DNA of 64,000 nt from Lama glama (lineage: Eukaryota). Each line of letters starts with the position of its first letter. Position 1 is the stretch's first letter. The stretch spans positions 64,606,001-64,670,000 of the forward strand of contig CM052817.1 of NCBI GenBank assembly GCA_028534125.1, in the 5' to 3' direction. Positions 1 to 14,071 of the stretch are shown in pieces. A program made the position numbers and the translations under genes. Below the pieces are notes generated by a model that saw only the letters and a list, made by a program, of their open reading frames with translations, did not search any database and was not told the origin of the DNA.

Positions 1-69
1 TATTTTGTTCACATAACCTATTTAGAAAAGTTTTATAAATAGGTTGTATCAGGTTGCCAACTATATAAA

Positions 70-1040
70 GGCAGATCTTATTTTGCAGTTTTGATATACA
101 TGCATTTAGTTACTGCAAATCAGTGAAAACCAGTCTCCCAACAACACAAATGACAGACTTTACTGCTAGCTCTTCAGCCCTATATAAATCCTGATCAGTG
201 ACCAATCCCTCCACTTCTTTCAAAGCCTGTCAGCGATTGGTCACTGCAACTGCCCCTCAGGTCTCTTGCAGACAGCAGAGCCTAATGGCATTGCTTTCTT
301 GTTTCCCAGTGATAAATTTAGGTGACATTTTACAAAAATGGGTAATTGAATAACAAAGATGAAAGTGCAGGAAAGAAATGCTAGATAATGCTGGAAGTGC
401 AATCTAAATAGAGCATAAATGGAGTTGTAGGAGAAATAGCTGACAATGGGAATGCTGTTGACATTGCCCACCATTCTGGAGACTCTAGGCATGCAACCAG
501 AGGAACTCAGAGGCATACCTGTTGACATAAAAGAGGAAGATGGCTTTGATGGAAAGAATGATGGTGTCGCAGGGGAAGTGACACCAACAAAAAACTTTAC
601 ATTGAAAGAATTCCCAGAGATATTAAAAGTTCAAAGGATAAAATTTGGAAGCTGTTCCAGACCAAGGAAGGAGTAATGACAATTTGCCAAGCCTAAAAAA
701 AGATGCTCACTCTGTTTTCTAAGCTATCCAGTGAGAAGCAGCACACATGTTCAAAGTAGTCTTGGTAAATTTTTAAACAAAGAAATAAAATACCTTAATT
801 TTCAATATTTCTAATGCTTTAAATTACAGTATACTAAACAAATACTAGTTTTTACCTCCCCCCCCCATTTTCTGTATAACCTAAGAGTAAGAGAGTTTTT
901 AATGTTTTGACAAAAAGTTTTAAAGGTCATGGAACAATTGTAATTTTCCTTGTTGATTATGAAGACTGCTTTTTACGGTAACAGCTTGTATGGTGGTTTT
1001 TATGGTTCCCCACTACTATGCAAAGCAAGAACTGCTTGTA
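70..1040. mobile_element. Old Tigger-family (TcMar-Tigger, Tigger13a-like) DNA transposon remnant in METAP1 intron 1
   Basis: Ends in ...CACTACTATGCAAAGCAAGAACTG, resembling the recalled Tigger13a terminus. Internal decayed acidic transposase C-terminus-like text (ORF 446-676). Boundaries approximate. Confidence 0.6.
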
Positions 1041-1109
1041 TTAAAAACCAGTTTTATGCAGTTCTTCAAGACCATTCTGTGTATTAACGGAGTTTTCATT
1101 TTGGGTTTG

Positions 1110-1428
1110 TGGGTAGAGATCAGGGATGCCATGAACTCAAGTCTTTATCAAGCTGTTCCTTCATTTAAAACCCTTTAATGGCTTTCTCTTGTCATTAGAC
1201 CAGAATCTTTAACATGATCTGACCCTTGCCTGTGTCTTTACCTCTCCTCATAGCATTGTATATTTTTTTTTGCCCTTATGACTTAAACTGTGTGGTTAAT
1301 TGTGTAATTAGCCGTATAATATTTGTGTGGAATGGGCTTATATTGTTCACTGCTGAATGCCCAACATATAGCAGTGTTATGGTCTTAATTTGCACTCTGT
1401 ATTCGTATGAATGAATGAATGAATGAAT
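1110..1428 (+). mobile_element. L2 LINE 3' fragment
   Basis: Ends in the (ATGA)n tail typical of L2 (about 1407-1428), preceded by L2-like 3' sequence. Confidence 0.55.
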
Positions 1429-4400
1429 AGAATTATATGCACATGTTTATATGTGCATGGATATGTTTGTCCCCCTCTGTGGAGGGGAATGATTACATTC
1501 CCAAGATTCTCAAAGGATTCAGAGATCTAAAAAAGGTAAGTATCATACTACAGGAATTGATACAGTGAAATGAATACTCAACCTAGATGGTATCATTAAA
1601 CATTAAAGATGTTCACTTTCCAATCTCAGATTGCATTTGAATATCTGGACATACAAGATATATATGTTCCTGAGCAAGCATTTTAGATTATTACATTGTC
1701 TGTAGAACGTAAAATTCTTTTTAAAAACTGGTATCTGTGTTGGGTTACATTAATATAGTAGCGTTAAAAATCTATCAATTACATAAGATTTATGACAGTC
1801 GAGTTGCTATTGAGTGGGAGACTGGCTGCTTGGCAAATTTCGTCTTCTAGAAAATTGTAAATTTCTCCTACTTTTAAAATTCTGTGTTTTCCTTTTAAAA
1901 TTAACGTGTTTTTTTGGAAGCTAATTTAATCGTATTTAAACTTCTTAAAAGGAGTTTATTTAGCAATGGGTATATATGTTTTAAAAAAATTCTGTCACAT
2001 GGAATCTTAACTCACAATTATGTTTCTTGATTGAGTTTATGTTTATTGTCTCAAAGTCACAAAGGCAAAATGTCCATAATTGAGATAATTTTTGGTTATT
2101 TAAATTATTTCGCATACCTAGTCCAGTGCTTTTAACTTTTAAATCTCCTTCCTTCTTTCCTATTTCCTGTTCTCTTCACAGTTTCCTTACGTCATTTATT
2201 GATTGATTCCCAAACTCTTCCATAATTGTATAGAACTCTCAATACTTTTAAAGACATGTGGCATTTAATGAGTTTTATCTTGGAAATGTGTCTTTTGGAA
2301 TTCTCCAGCCAAAACTTGCCCCCTTGGCTTGCTTCATAGCACCCACCCTTACATCGCTCTTCACGCATCTCTTTACGTCTCTGTCTCGTCTGTATCACAC
2401 CTTTCTCTTCTTTGGTTTATTCTCATGTCTTACGTAGTATCTCCTCCAGTAGCTTCTTGAGAAAGATTGTATGAGAGAGAGATTTTTAAGATTCTGCATA
2501 TCTGAAAATGCCTTTATTGTGTACTGATACTTCATTTCCAGTTTGGCAGGTATAGAATTCTAGTTCGGAAATTGTTTTCTCAGAGTTTTTATGTTACTGC
2601 TCCATTTTCTTTTAGCTCTCAGTGTTGTTGAAAAGTCTGATACCTTTGGGATTCATAATCCTTTGCATACTGTCTCCCTCCCATTTCTCTGGAAGCTTAT
2701 TGGATTTCTCTTTTGTTCCCAGTATTATAAACTTTCATATTGTATGCCTTGGGCAAGTTGATTTTTATCCTTTGGGGACTCTTCAGTCTGGCAACTACTG
2801 TTTTTCAGTTATGGAAAACTTTAAGTTACTTCTTTGATCTGTCCTCTCTGTTTGCTTTCTGAAACTTCATGATTCAGCTTTTAGACTTGGTTTAATCCAT
2901 TGTTTCAAAATACCATCTCTTTATTTTAAAATTTTTTGTCACTTTGCTCTACTTTTGGGGGAGATTTTCCTAACTTTATATTGAAATATTCATTTCTACT
3001 GTCATTTAGAAAATTTTCTAAGAACTTATAATCTCTTCCATAATTACGTATAAAAGAGAATCATAGCCTTGTAAAGTCAAGGAATATCTAAAAGTTCATC
3101 TGTGTTAACCCCGTTCTGTCCAGAAGTCTCTGTATTGTTGCTGATATATATATATATATATATTTACTTTTTTCATAGTCTTCTGCTTCTTTATGTCCTG
3201 ATTTCAGTGATGGCAGGAAAAGGGATAGCTAGGCTGAGGGTGTGGACTATGCTGGTGCTTGGAGCAGCTTAGGATTTTGGATGGGGCGGTGGGGGGATGT
3301 TATGTGAAGGGCCCCGGGTCTGCCTGCAGTGTTTTCAGGGAAGACTGTTCACAGTGGTGCTGGAGTACTGACTCTGTCAGTACCTAGGAGTCGTGTAAGC
3401 CACTTTAGCCATACTCAGCTCTCGTTAGCAGGCATTCAGTTGATTTATTCTAAACTGGCATAATAAAAATGAATTGAAAGTTGTACCAAGCATAACTGGA
3501 ATGACGATGGTTTGCCTGGGGTTAAGGAAACACTGCAGTTAAGGCCTGGCAGTGATGAAGAGCTGCATGCGCCTCACACGCCCCATGCTGGGGTTCTGCC
3601 TCTGGGCCTGGCTGGCTCAAATTGGGGTTCTCCGACCTGCTCTTCACTCTCTTCCTTCCATCCATGCCCTTTTCCTTGCTGACAGTCTTCCTGCATGGAC
3701 ATCTCTGCTGTAGGCTGGACTGGAAGGAGGAAAATGAGTAAGCTCCAGTGTCTCGCCACTTTTGCCTATCATACCCATAAGGAAGAATAGTTTGGAGAGG
3801 GGAGGAAGAGAAGAGGTTGAAAATTGCTGACTGAGGTTAGGTTTCTTAAAATAAGTTGTATGCCTTTGGTTACCCCATTTAAAAATTACAGTGAATAATT
3901 TCAGAGTTGACTCCATAAATAAGTACATGTAAGTGGATAAAGCTTTGGAAAGATTGTAATTAATCAGTCTCTCACCCTGTTTCAGTGTAGTGATTGGACT
4001 CATTCTTCTGGTGTGCCCTGATGTCTTGCCAGTTGCTGTGTTAGTTTCCTGTGGCTGCCGTAACCAGTCCCCCAAACTGAGTGGCTTAAAAGGTATCCAT
4101 TTACATTTCTGGAGGCCAGAAGCCCAAAACCAGTTTCATTGAGCCTAAATCAAGGTGATAGCCTTGCTTCCTCCAGAGGCTCTAAATGATGGCATTTAAG
4201 GCCAATCTAGATAATCCAGGATAATTTCCCTATCATGAACTCCCACTGTTTTTGAGTTTTTGTACCTCATAATCCAGTGCAGTTTCTAACCAGTACTCTT
4301 ATAAAAACTAAAGACATGCAGTTTTTTTTTTAGTAACGTCTCTCTTATTTTTTCTATGATGAGGAGGCTGAGAGTATACATGTTGAGACTGGAATAGCAG

Positions 4401-4793
4401 CTCCACAAAGTCATTAGGGACCTGAGCTTCTTGGGGTGTGCCTGTCGCCTTGTGGTCACAAGATTGGGGCTTCACTTCAGGCGACATGTCAGGGTTTGGA
4501 GCAGGGAAAGGGCATAGTAGGAAATAGGTGCTGCTTTGCTCAGAAGCTTTCCAGAAGCCCCATCCAACAACAGGGCTTACATTTTGTTGGCCAGATGGCC
4601 ACATGGCCACCATCAAGGAGGCTGGAAGTGTTTTAGCTGGGACATCACATGTCTCCTCCAGAAGAGTTCTGTGGCTGTTAAGGAAAGGGGAGAATGACTA
4701 TGGAGCAGGGAGCTTGCAGTCTGTCCTAGAAAGTGATGAGAACAGTTCACATTTTCATCTACAACTAGAAGACTTTTAGACACAAAGCTTTAC

Positions 4794-4922
4794 TTTTTTT
4801 TGGTAGAGGGAGATAATTAGTTTTATTTATTTATTTATTTTTGGAGGAGGTACTGGGGATTGAACTCAGGACCTCATGTGTGCTAAGCATGCGCTCTATC
4901 ACTTGAGCTATACCCTCCCCCC
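4794..4922 (-). mobile_element. tRNA-Ala-derived SINE (Vic-1-like, long form)
   Basis: Minus strand reads GGGTATAGCTCAAGTGATAGAGCGCATGCTTAGCA...GTCCTGAGTTCAATCCCCAGTACCTCC (Pol III A/B boxes), then (AAAT)n and a poly-A tail. Confidence 0.85.
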
Positions 4923-5826
4923 GAAGAAGGCTTTTTTGTATATGATCACAGTAACCTTTGTTTTCCAACATCTGTTGAGAAAACCTGCTCAGTGCCAGGC
5001 ATGGTGGTAAGCATTGGGATGTCTGTCAGTGGCTCCCATACATTGGTACTTGCTATGTGCTAGACACTTTAACTACTTTCATATATGTTATTTACATTAT
5101 CTCCTTTAATCTGCTATCTGATCTTCTCCTGGAGATAACCCCATTTTATAGGTGGGGCAACTGAGGATCCATGAAAATGGTTAGTAATTATCATCGTCTA
5201 GATTTAGAGATAAAAACTAAGATTTATAATGATGTAGCCAGTACATGATACAGCTTAATCACACCCATGTTTTCTAGTTCCAAGTTTGGTGCTAAAATCA
5301 GTGCTTTGAACTGAGTGTGCACCCCCAACATCCACCCATCCACATACTGTGAAATAGTGAGAAAGCATGACCTGTAGTCACATAATCCTGGGCTTGAGTC
5401 CTGATTCTGCCAAGTTTGGTTTTGTTATATGATAGGCAAAATATCTAGCTTGATTTGTCATTTGTAAAATAGGGACAGTGCCATCTGTCTTGCGGGGGGG
5501 TGGTTTGTGAGGATGAAATGAGATACAAGTGTATAGTGCACATATTAAGTGAATGGTAATTTACAGTTATGATTGTCGTATTATAGTTCAACATTGACTT
5601 TTCTTATTCTGTGAAAGGTTAATACTGAAGGAATTACTTATTCCCAATTTAGTTCTTGGGACTTTCGATTAGTCATAAAAATCCTCTCATGGCAAAATCA
5701 TAGAAAAGAAACATTTGTTTTTCTACCAATTTCCTGTAACTCTGGGGTTGAGAGGAGCCGGTATTTGTGCCAGTTGTGAGTGGTTTTTGCAGTGATAACA
5801 GATGGGAATAACTCTATTTTCCCTCC

Positions 5827-6304
5827 TGTATTCCCTCTGTTTTCTGTGGCTGCCACAACAAATTACTGCAAACTTGATGGCTTAGAACAACACACATTTT
5901 TTATCTCACGGTTCTCTATGTCTGACACAGGGCTCAGGCTAAGGTCAGGTGTTGGCAGGTCAGCATTCCTCTCTGGAGGCTCTAGGAGAATCTTCTGTTT
6001 GCCCCTTTCAGGCAGTTCCTTGGCTGGTGGCTCCCTTCCTCCCTCTTGAAAGCCAGTAATGTGACATCTCTCTGACTCTGCTTCCATCATTACATCTTTC
6101 TCTGACTCCTCTGCCTTCCTCTCTCACCTTTTAAGGACCCTGTGATTACATTAGTCTCATCTGGATGAAGCAGGATACTCTCTCCTCTCAAAGTCAGCTG
6201 ATAAGCAGCTTTAATTCCCCTTTACTGTAGTTGTAAATTACCATATTCACAGGTCCTGAGGATCAGGACATGGACATCTTCAGGTGCCGAAATTCTGCCT
6301 ACCA
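5827..6304. mobile_element. MaLR LTR (MLT1-like)
   Basis: TG...CA ends and MLT1-type motifs (GGCTGCCACAACAAATTACTGCAAACTTGATGGCTTAGAACAACAC; TTTAAGGACCCTGTGATTACATT; ATTCTGCCTACCA). Confidence 0.7.
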
Positions 6305-7474
6305 TGTCTCCCACTCTCCCCAAAAGACTGAGCTCAGTTTTATCTTCAAAACTGAAAAATCTTTGATGTTGCAGATACCTTTTTATACACTGAAGTCATT
6401 TGAGGTGGTACTGGGAGGTGATGGGTATGAGCTGGGATGCTTGACTGAGCTGTTGCTGTGTGTGGAAGATGTGAGGCAGGTACAGGGGAAGTGGTGCATA
6501 CAGGCCTGGGAGGGAGAGACCAGCCTCTCCCAGGCCCTCGGGTGATGGATGCAGGGAGAGCGGCTTTAGCATCACTGGTGTGATGGACTTTGGTTACCAC
6601 ATAGTCCTAGGGATTTTTTTCCTTAGCGTTCCTATCTGTGAAAAAAAAATGCAAATTTTTTTGTGTTTGCAAAGTCAAAACATTTGTAGAATTTGTGAGA
6701 TTTCTTAGTATTTGTAATGATTTATTTGAGTAATTTTAAATTCTTTGAAGGAAAGACTATTAAAATCAAAGCAGAAATAAAATCTGTGGTTGAATTCAGT
6801 TTTCTTATTAAGGTCACCACTTGATTCAGTTTACTGTTTGAATTCATTTTCTCAATTCAGTACTAAAGTACATCACATGAACGTATTTTCCTAAGTGAAA
6901 AGTCTAGTCTTTCTAATTATTTATCCATTATGATCAATATGCAGCTACTGAAACTCCACTGTTTGCCAGGCACTCTGCTTGGCTCTGGGGATAGAGAGGT
7001 GAACGTGATACAGTCCCTTCCCTCTTGGAGCTTACAGTTCAGCCTGGTAGGGCTTGTCAGCATGTAGTAAACAAAGTGGGCATGACTAACTAGGAATCGA
7101 ACTACGGTAAATCATGGACGAATCTGCAAAATTTCCCTTGTTTTTTCTCTTGAGTGTGTGATTGCTTCCTTGGTTCAGGATTCTTTTCAAATACTTCGTA
7201 AAATTGAAATATAACTGTGACTGCTATTTATAATATAGACTAATTTTTTTTTTTTGCTCATTTGAAGTGCGTAATCTGAAGTTTAGGTTGCTTTTTGAAA
7301 TGAATTTTAAAATAGATTGTATCATTTATTAAGCTTTTCCAAATATTTAACATAATGAAATTATAGATGTTGATTTTTGCAAGCAAAGTTTTCAATGACT
7401 CTTACATACAACATTCCGTAAAATGTTTCTAATTAAGGAAGGCCTGACATTAATTTTCGTGTTTGTTCTTTTAG

Positions 7475-7526
7475 GAATGTTTTAAAGGAAGTTGGGCTAC
7501 TCACAAGTTACTACATAAGAAAGCGA
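7475..7526 (+). CDS. METAP1: METAP1 exon 2 (ECFKGSWATHKLLHKKA; part of the N-terminal zinc-finger region)
   Basis: ttttag|GAATGT...GCGA|gtaagt; 52 nt; peptide matches mammalian MetAP1. Confidence 0.97.
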
Positions 7527-10500
7527 GTAAGTAAAATCACACACCTATACCATTTGTCTTAGAAGTGGCTTTGTGTAGAAGACAGTAATTCTTCCAGTTC
7601 TGAAAGTGTATATTTAAATGTTCTGACAGTATAATCCCGAAAGCTAGAGGTCAGACATTTTTTATTCTTTGTGGTGTGTAATCATGTAAATGAAATATGG
7701 CTGAGTAGTATCTTTGTTAATCTTGTGTCACATTTGCAACATGAAAACATGAGATGGTTGCTACAATAGTTGGATCTGACTTGAGCAATACCTGAGATTG
7801 TCCTAATCTTTTGGCACCTGGCACCCTCTTTCTTTTGTTAGAAGTGTTTGCAGATTATAGTCAGGGCCACGTAAGAGATCTGGCTTTATTTAATCAGAAA
7901 TCCTTTTTTTTTTTTTTGTTTAGTTTCAGTTTAAATTGCTTTGTCTAACTCAAAATTGTTATCACTGTTTTTTTTTTTTTGGTGTTTTGATGTTATTACT
8001 TGCAGTCTAATGTTTAATTTTCTTTTTGAAGTTACTTGGTGAGACACCATAAACTGTTGGCTGCTTCTTAGCTGTTGCTGTCAGGCACACTGATCTATCG
8101 CCGATTCGAATGGCCTTTCCTGCTCTGGTGACTCATCCTGTAAATTCACGCCACTGGTGTGGCTAGTTCAAGACAGCTTGTCATAGTTACCTGAAAATTG
8201 CCAAGGGCATTCTGTTCTTATAACATTGCCATCCCAATGGATGAAGGCTTGGCAGATAGCACATGGTTCTTGGTATAAGGTTTCTTTTTCAACTTACTGA
8301 TCTTGGTTTTTTTTTTATTCATTTACTTTATATTTTTAAGGAATTTGCCAATTTAATCAAGTTTGGTAGATTGTTTTATATGTATCTGTACCTTAAAAAT
8401 CTCGCTGAGGTCAGTTTAACCACCATTTGAAGGAAAAGGAAATAAAAATTAAAGAAGACATATATTCTGTGGCTGTATAAAGTGAAGTCGACATTTAATG
8501 GAAACGCTAGGCTATTGTGGGAGGAAATGTGGTTAGAGATGAGGAGGAATGATTATGAATAAATGAGTTTGTAAAAGCATAAATGACAGAATTTATTAAC
8601 CTCAAATCAAAGTATAAAGGTAGATTTAAATAATGCCATTTAACTTTATTCACTCATACTTTGAATACTGTATATCCAATGTGTTAGGTATTTTTAGAGC
8701 TCTCTGAGCCAGTGATTAACATTTTATACCCAGAAAGTTAAAGCACAGGGAAGTGAAGGATTGAGGTAAAACAGTATGTTATTAAAAGAGCTTAGAATGG
8801 GGTCTCTACTCCCAGCGTCTGCTAACTCACTGACGTGTTTATTGTTTATTCACGGTTGGATTTCTAAGGGTAGAGCTATTTCATTATGACTTACACTACA
8901 AGAGAATTAAACAGCTGACCTTCCCTAAGTAAGAAGAGCACGATTATTACTGCATTGGACTGTTAATGTTTTTACTTACCCTTCTAGTATTTAGAAGTAT
9001 GGTTCCATCTTTCAGATTGTGCCCTCTTGGATCTTATGGGATGATTCCATCAGTGGGGGTGCCTAATGTTCTTGTTCCCGTTGGGCTGTGTTGAATAGAG
9101 ACAGCCCTCAGCTTGCCAGCCTGTGTCTTTCACATCCCCACTGATAAATTGACCTCGACTGCACCACTGTGGATGACAGTCGTAGAGGAGGGAATCGTGT
9201 GTGATCTACAGAGCTGAAAAGAGTATTGGGAAAGGAATTAGAGGAAAGGAATGTTGGACTGGGAAAGAACTAGGGCATCTTAAAAGATAGCACTTTACTC
9301 CGAGAATTAATAGTGAGATAACATAGCAAGCGGTTCGTATTATGAAGGTGATATTCTCAGGCTTTTTCTTCTTTTTAAGTGTAATGTGTACTGATCTCTA
9401 ATTAAAGATCACTGATTTAGATTTATGTTCATTTGGGCTGTTGGTCTGTAATTTGCTTTTAATGTCTTTGACTGGTTTTGGCATTAGAATAATCCTGGGC
9501 TAATAGAATGGGAAATGTTTTCCTCTTCCACTTGTTGGAAGAGGTTGCGTAGAATTAGCGTCATTTCCTCTGTAAATGTTTAGTAGGATTCAGCCAGTGA
9601 AACCACCTGGACCTGGAGTTTTCTTGATTGCAGAAGCTGATCAGGACTTAGGAAAATTTCAAGTGTGAGTTAAATGACTCAAGGGCAAAATTTATTTTTT
9701 ATGTGTCAAAGTAAAGAAGCCCAGTTAGATTGTAAAGCCCTTAAAGGCATGTTAATAGTGATGCTTAAGTGCCTATTTCCTACATGTATCTGCTGCCAGA
9801 GTATACATAGTAGCGCTTACTTTTAGTCAGATCTGTAAAAGTTGTAGCACTTAACATCTCAATACTATAAATTGTACACTTTTTAAATATGTCGCTGATA
9901 ATGTTCAATGTGTTTCTTTGTCTTCCATTTTCCTAAAGTAAAAGGTGGAAGCGTTTGACAAATATCTTTTGACTAGCCAAAAATGTGATGTAAAAACTCC
10001 ATTAAAATAAAACCTCAACAAACCTCTAAATAATACTTTTTATTCTACTCCTCCAAACTTGTGTGCTTGATTTTTAGATTGCAGAGGGAAGGAATTGAAG
10101 GTATTAGGTGATATTTCAGAACTGGTCCCAGCAAGCTTTGTGAGCATGTATTACTTACTTTAAGCCTCACCTCCAAAATGTTGAAATCATAGGTTTGTTG
10201 TGAGGATTAAATAAACAAATCCATGTAAAGTGCTTAGCATGTGTACAGTGCATGGTAAGTGCTCAAAAACCATTTAATAATCATCTCCAGGAGAACTGAG
10301 TCAGGATTGTGATCAGAAAATTCTGTCCTGGGAGAAGCTTAGATATGTGCAGTTGTTTGGTATCAGCTGGCTGGGGGTGGTGGCCTGCACAGAATCTGAA
10401 AGAAGTGGGTGATGTACTTGGGGCCTGCCCTTGCACAAATCACATACTCTTTGACACTACTTGCAGCTCACCTGGCTCTATTGCACTGTGATGTTTGAAA

Positions 10501-10604
10501 GACAGCTTAAAGGTGTTCATTTATGCTGTCCTGTGCTTTCACAGTCTTTGAAAAAGACCAGTTAGTGTGCAGTTTTGTTCCAACCCCCAGTCCAATTCAT
10601 TTTT

Positions 10605-10723
10605 TTTTAATTGTAGTATAGTCAGTTTACAATGTTGTGTGAATTTTGGGTGTACAACGTAATGTTTCAGTCATACATATACATACATATATTTGTTTTC
10701 ATATTCTTTTTCATTATAGGTTA
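10605..10723 (-). mobile_element. Short 3'-end fragment of a young L1
   Basis: Reverse complement resembles the 3' UTR end of the L1 at 60161-60952 (GAAAAAGAATATGAAAA...ATGACTGAAACATT...GACTATAC) plus an A tail. Confidence 0.75.
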
Positions 10724-11088
10724 CCCAGTTCATATTTATTAAGTATCTATTATGTGTCTAGGACTTAAGGTTAGATCTAATTGATCCTAAAATGTAAGCT
10801 AACTTACTTTGGAATTGTAAATTTCCTGAAATAGGTTATACCAAGAGATTAGAAGAGAACTTGCCATATTTCATTCTTACTTGTCTACATAGCTTTTAGG
10901 TTTTGTTGGAGGTTTGCTTTCAATTCTCTTTTGAAAACAGACGGCAGAAGGTTTGGAATCCCGATTGGCAGGAAGCTTTGAAAGGTTTTACATCCTTCCT
11001 TTCCCCTGGACCCTCCCTAGGAGTGTGATAAAGCCAAAAGTCTTGCATCTTGATTGCTATTCTGTCCTGTGTTTCAGGTGAAAATTAT

Positions 11089-11236
11089 AATTTTTTTCTT
11101 CCTGTTTTTGTTTTTTGGGGGTACAGGGGAGGTAATTAGGTTTATGTCTTTTTAGTGGAGGTACTGGGGATTGAACCCAGGACCTCATGTGTACTAAGCA
11201 TGCACTCTACCACAGAGCTATACACCCTCACCATCA
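11089..11236 (-). mobile_element. tRNA-Ala-derived SINE (Vic-1-like, long form) with 14-bp TSD
   Basis: tRNA-like head on the minus strand. Perfect direct repeat CAGGTGAAAATTAT at 11075-11088 and 11237-11250. Confidence 0.9.
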
Positions 11237-12875
11237 CAGGTGAAAATTATTCTTGAGGTTCATAATTCGTACAAAACACCTGATATAGTCATAGCTAAAT
11301 CAGGTATCAGTTGGCCTGCATTTCGAACTATTTTCTGTGTGTTTGACCCTAGTGGCAGTGAAGAGTCCATCTTTGTCCTGGGATGAAGATAGTTTTCCTA
11401 TTGATATTAATATTCACAGAGGCTTTCTTGAACTTCATAGGGAAGAAAGATATCTAAAATTCAGTAGCACACTAGAGCTTCTCTTTTCCTTTTCTATTCT
11501 TATTTTTTATTCTTTTCCGTTCCTTTACTTTATATGTAATATTGTAATTGTATTCTCTTCCAGAATAATGTGAATGGATTGGCTGCAATTTTACATTCTT
11601 GTCAGTTGCACGTCAAGGGCCTTTCAGTCCCAAACTGACCGACCACATGCTCTGTGGAGAGAGTACTGAACTGGGAACTAGCATTTCCACATTTCTCTGA
11701 GCATGTGAACCATAGACTGCCTCAGTTTCCTCACCTGTAAAATGAGGAAATTAGACTAGATTGTTTTGTTGTTGTTGTTGTTTACTTCAGTCACTATGCT
11801 GGATACCATATCCCCAGAACATATTTATCATATGATGAATTTGGTACCTTTTGACCACCTTCACTCATTTCACTGTTCCTCTTTAGCTTAACATGATATG
11901 GCTTCATCTATTCTCCCCATTTTGTGTCTTAAATAGATTGCTTAAAAGGGAGAAATTTTTTTCTTTTATTTTTCTTGTATATTGCCAAAATTATTTGAAG
12001 TCTGACCTTTAAAACCTATAATAGCGTGACAGTAATCAGGAAAGGATTGACGTACATCGGGAGGTGTATAGGCTGCTACTTGGTATAGCGGGATTTGACT
12101 TTCTGTTATTTAAAGTCTTAGTAGTTTTTAGTTTGCAGTAAGAGAGGCCATCAGTGTGCTGACATTAGACACCACTGAGGTTCTGTTCTGTGTGAAAAAG
12201 ATTTTTAGGTGCATTTCAGTAAATACAACATTACATATTAACTAACTAACCTGATAGTAGGGTGTGTGTTTGATTCTTAATTTTTCTAATGAATTTGCAG
12301 TAACTTTCTATTGGCTGTTCTTGTATCTTTCTTTCCTACTTCCTTCTATTATCCCCTTCCTGAGAAAAGGTAAATGATACTCATAAAATTTTCAAAGCAG
12401 CATAAACTGTTGACTTGAAAGTTATTCATCAGCTAAGTGAGACTTTTTTTTACTTTAAATGTGCTGTGGGATTATTTAGGATCTGTTCTTTTAGTAAGAG
12501 CACAAAATCCATTTGTAGTATCTGCTCTTAGTGGGAAGTTTTGCCTAGGTTCAGATTTTATATTTTAAAAAAACAGGCTTTTTATAAGTTGACATTGTAG
12601 GGAGAACATGTTTAGCATTTCCCTGAGAAAAGGAGTTTGACTACGAGCTGTTTCTATCCGACATTGTGGAAAAGCCGAGAATATGTTTAGACTGGGCTTT
12701 TTCTCCCCAGACACTTAGGTCTTCGAGGAGTCGTAGGGCTGTGGACATAGCGAGAAAGCAGTGGCTTTGGCGATTTAGGCCAGCGGGGGGTAGTTTGCTG
12801 GATTTTGTGCTTGGGCTTTTTGGCTTGGTTTCCAAACACTGATAGTTAAAAGCGTGCTGCTGCTTAGAGGCTTGA

Positions 12876-13037
<162 letters not shown>

Positions 13038-13966
13038 TAAGGTAATAAAAATTTAACATTTTTAAAAACCAGTTTTCAGAATTTTCGATTTCTTAAAAAT
13101 GATACTTGTAATTTAATTATGAATTATATGGTCAGGATTAAATTTACATTCTAGGTTTTTAGCTTTTATGGTACATTATTTGGAAGTTAGTAAGGGAGAA
13201 TTGGCAGTCATGGATACAGTAGAAAAAATTCAAGATGAAGGATTAAGACTTACTTAATTTCTAAAAAAGAATGAGCTAGAATAGATATTTCTAGGCTGGT
13301 GTAATGGTAGTGCATATTCCTACTTTCCTGAAATTTTTTACTGTGCTATTTGCCTAAATTTAGATACGGCTTTTCCGCCACTCCTGCTTCTTTCTGTGTT
13401 CTTGGCAGACTGACTTCAGAGTCTTAACATAGGAATTGACTTGAAATTTGTCATCCTTAAATATTTAAAAATTTTTTTACTGATGTTTTGTTTTTATAAA
13501 AGAAATAATACATCTTTAATTTTTAAAATTTGGAAATACATCAAAAACATAAACTCTCTTTAGCCATAGCTCCCAGAGATAATTATGATCAGGAACATAT
13601 TGGTGTATATTTGAGATATTATTATTGTTTTTGGCTCACCAGATTGTTTGGAATGACATGGGCATCTTCCTTGTCTGTGTGTAATCTGAAATCCTTAATG
13701 GCCTTGGTCACGCTCCCTGGTTCTTTTGTATCCTAGGAAAGGGGGTGGCATTAGCACTAGAACAGTCAAGCTAGAGCTTCGTGAAATAGATACGTTGTGG
13801 TATTTAAGAAGTCAGTTAAAACTTTTTTCTGTTTAAATGAAATGAATGAACTTTTTTTTCCTTTGGTGTTTTTTCCTCCACTTTTATTTAGTTAGTAAAT
13901 TTTAATAATGAAAGTTACTTTCATAATTGAATCAGTTCTAACTACCCTACCCTTTGATATTTTTAG

Positions 13967-14071
<105 letters not shown>

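Noticed and set aside
446..676. 76-aa ORF with protein-like acidic composition
   Set aside because: It lies inside a Tigger-type remnant and is decayed transposase sequence, not a gene.
7900..8300. Possible minus-strand processed pseudogene (T tracts followed by complex sequence)
   Set aside because: The minus-strand frames I translated contain stops and no recognisable protein, and I found no TSD.
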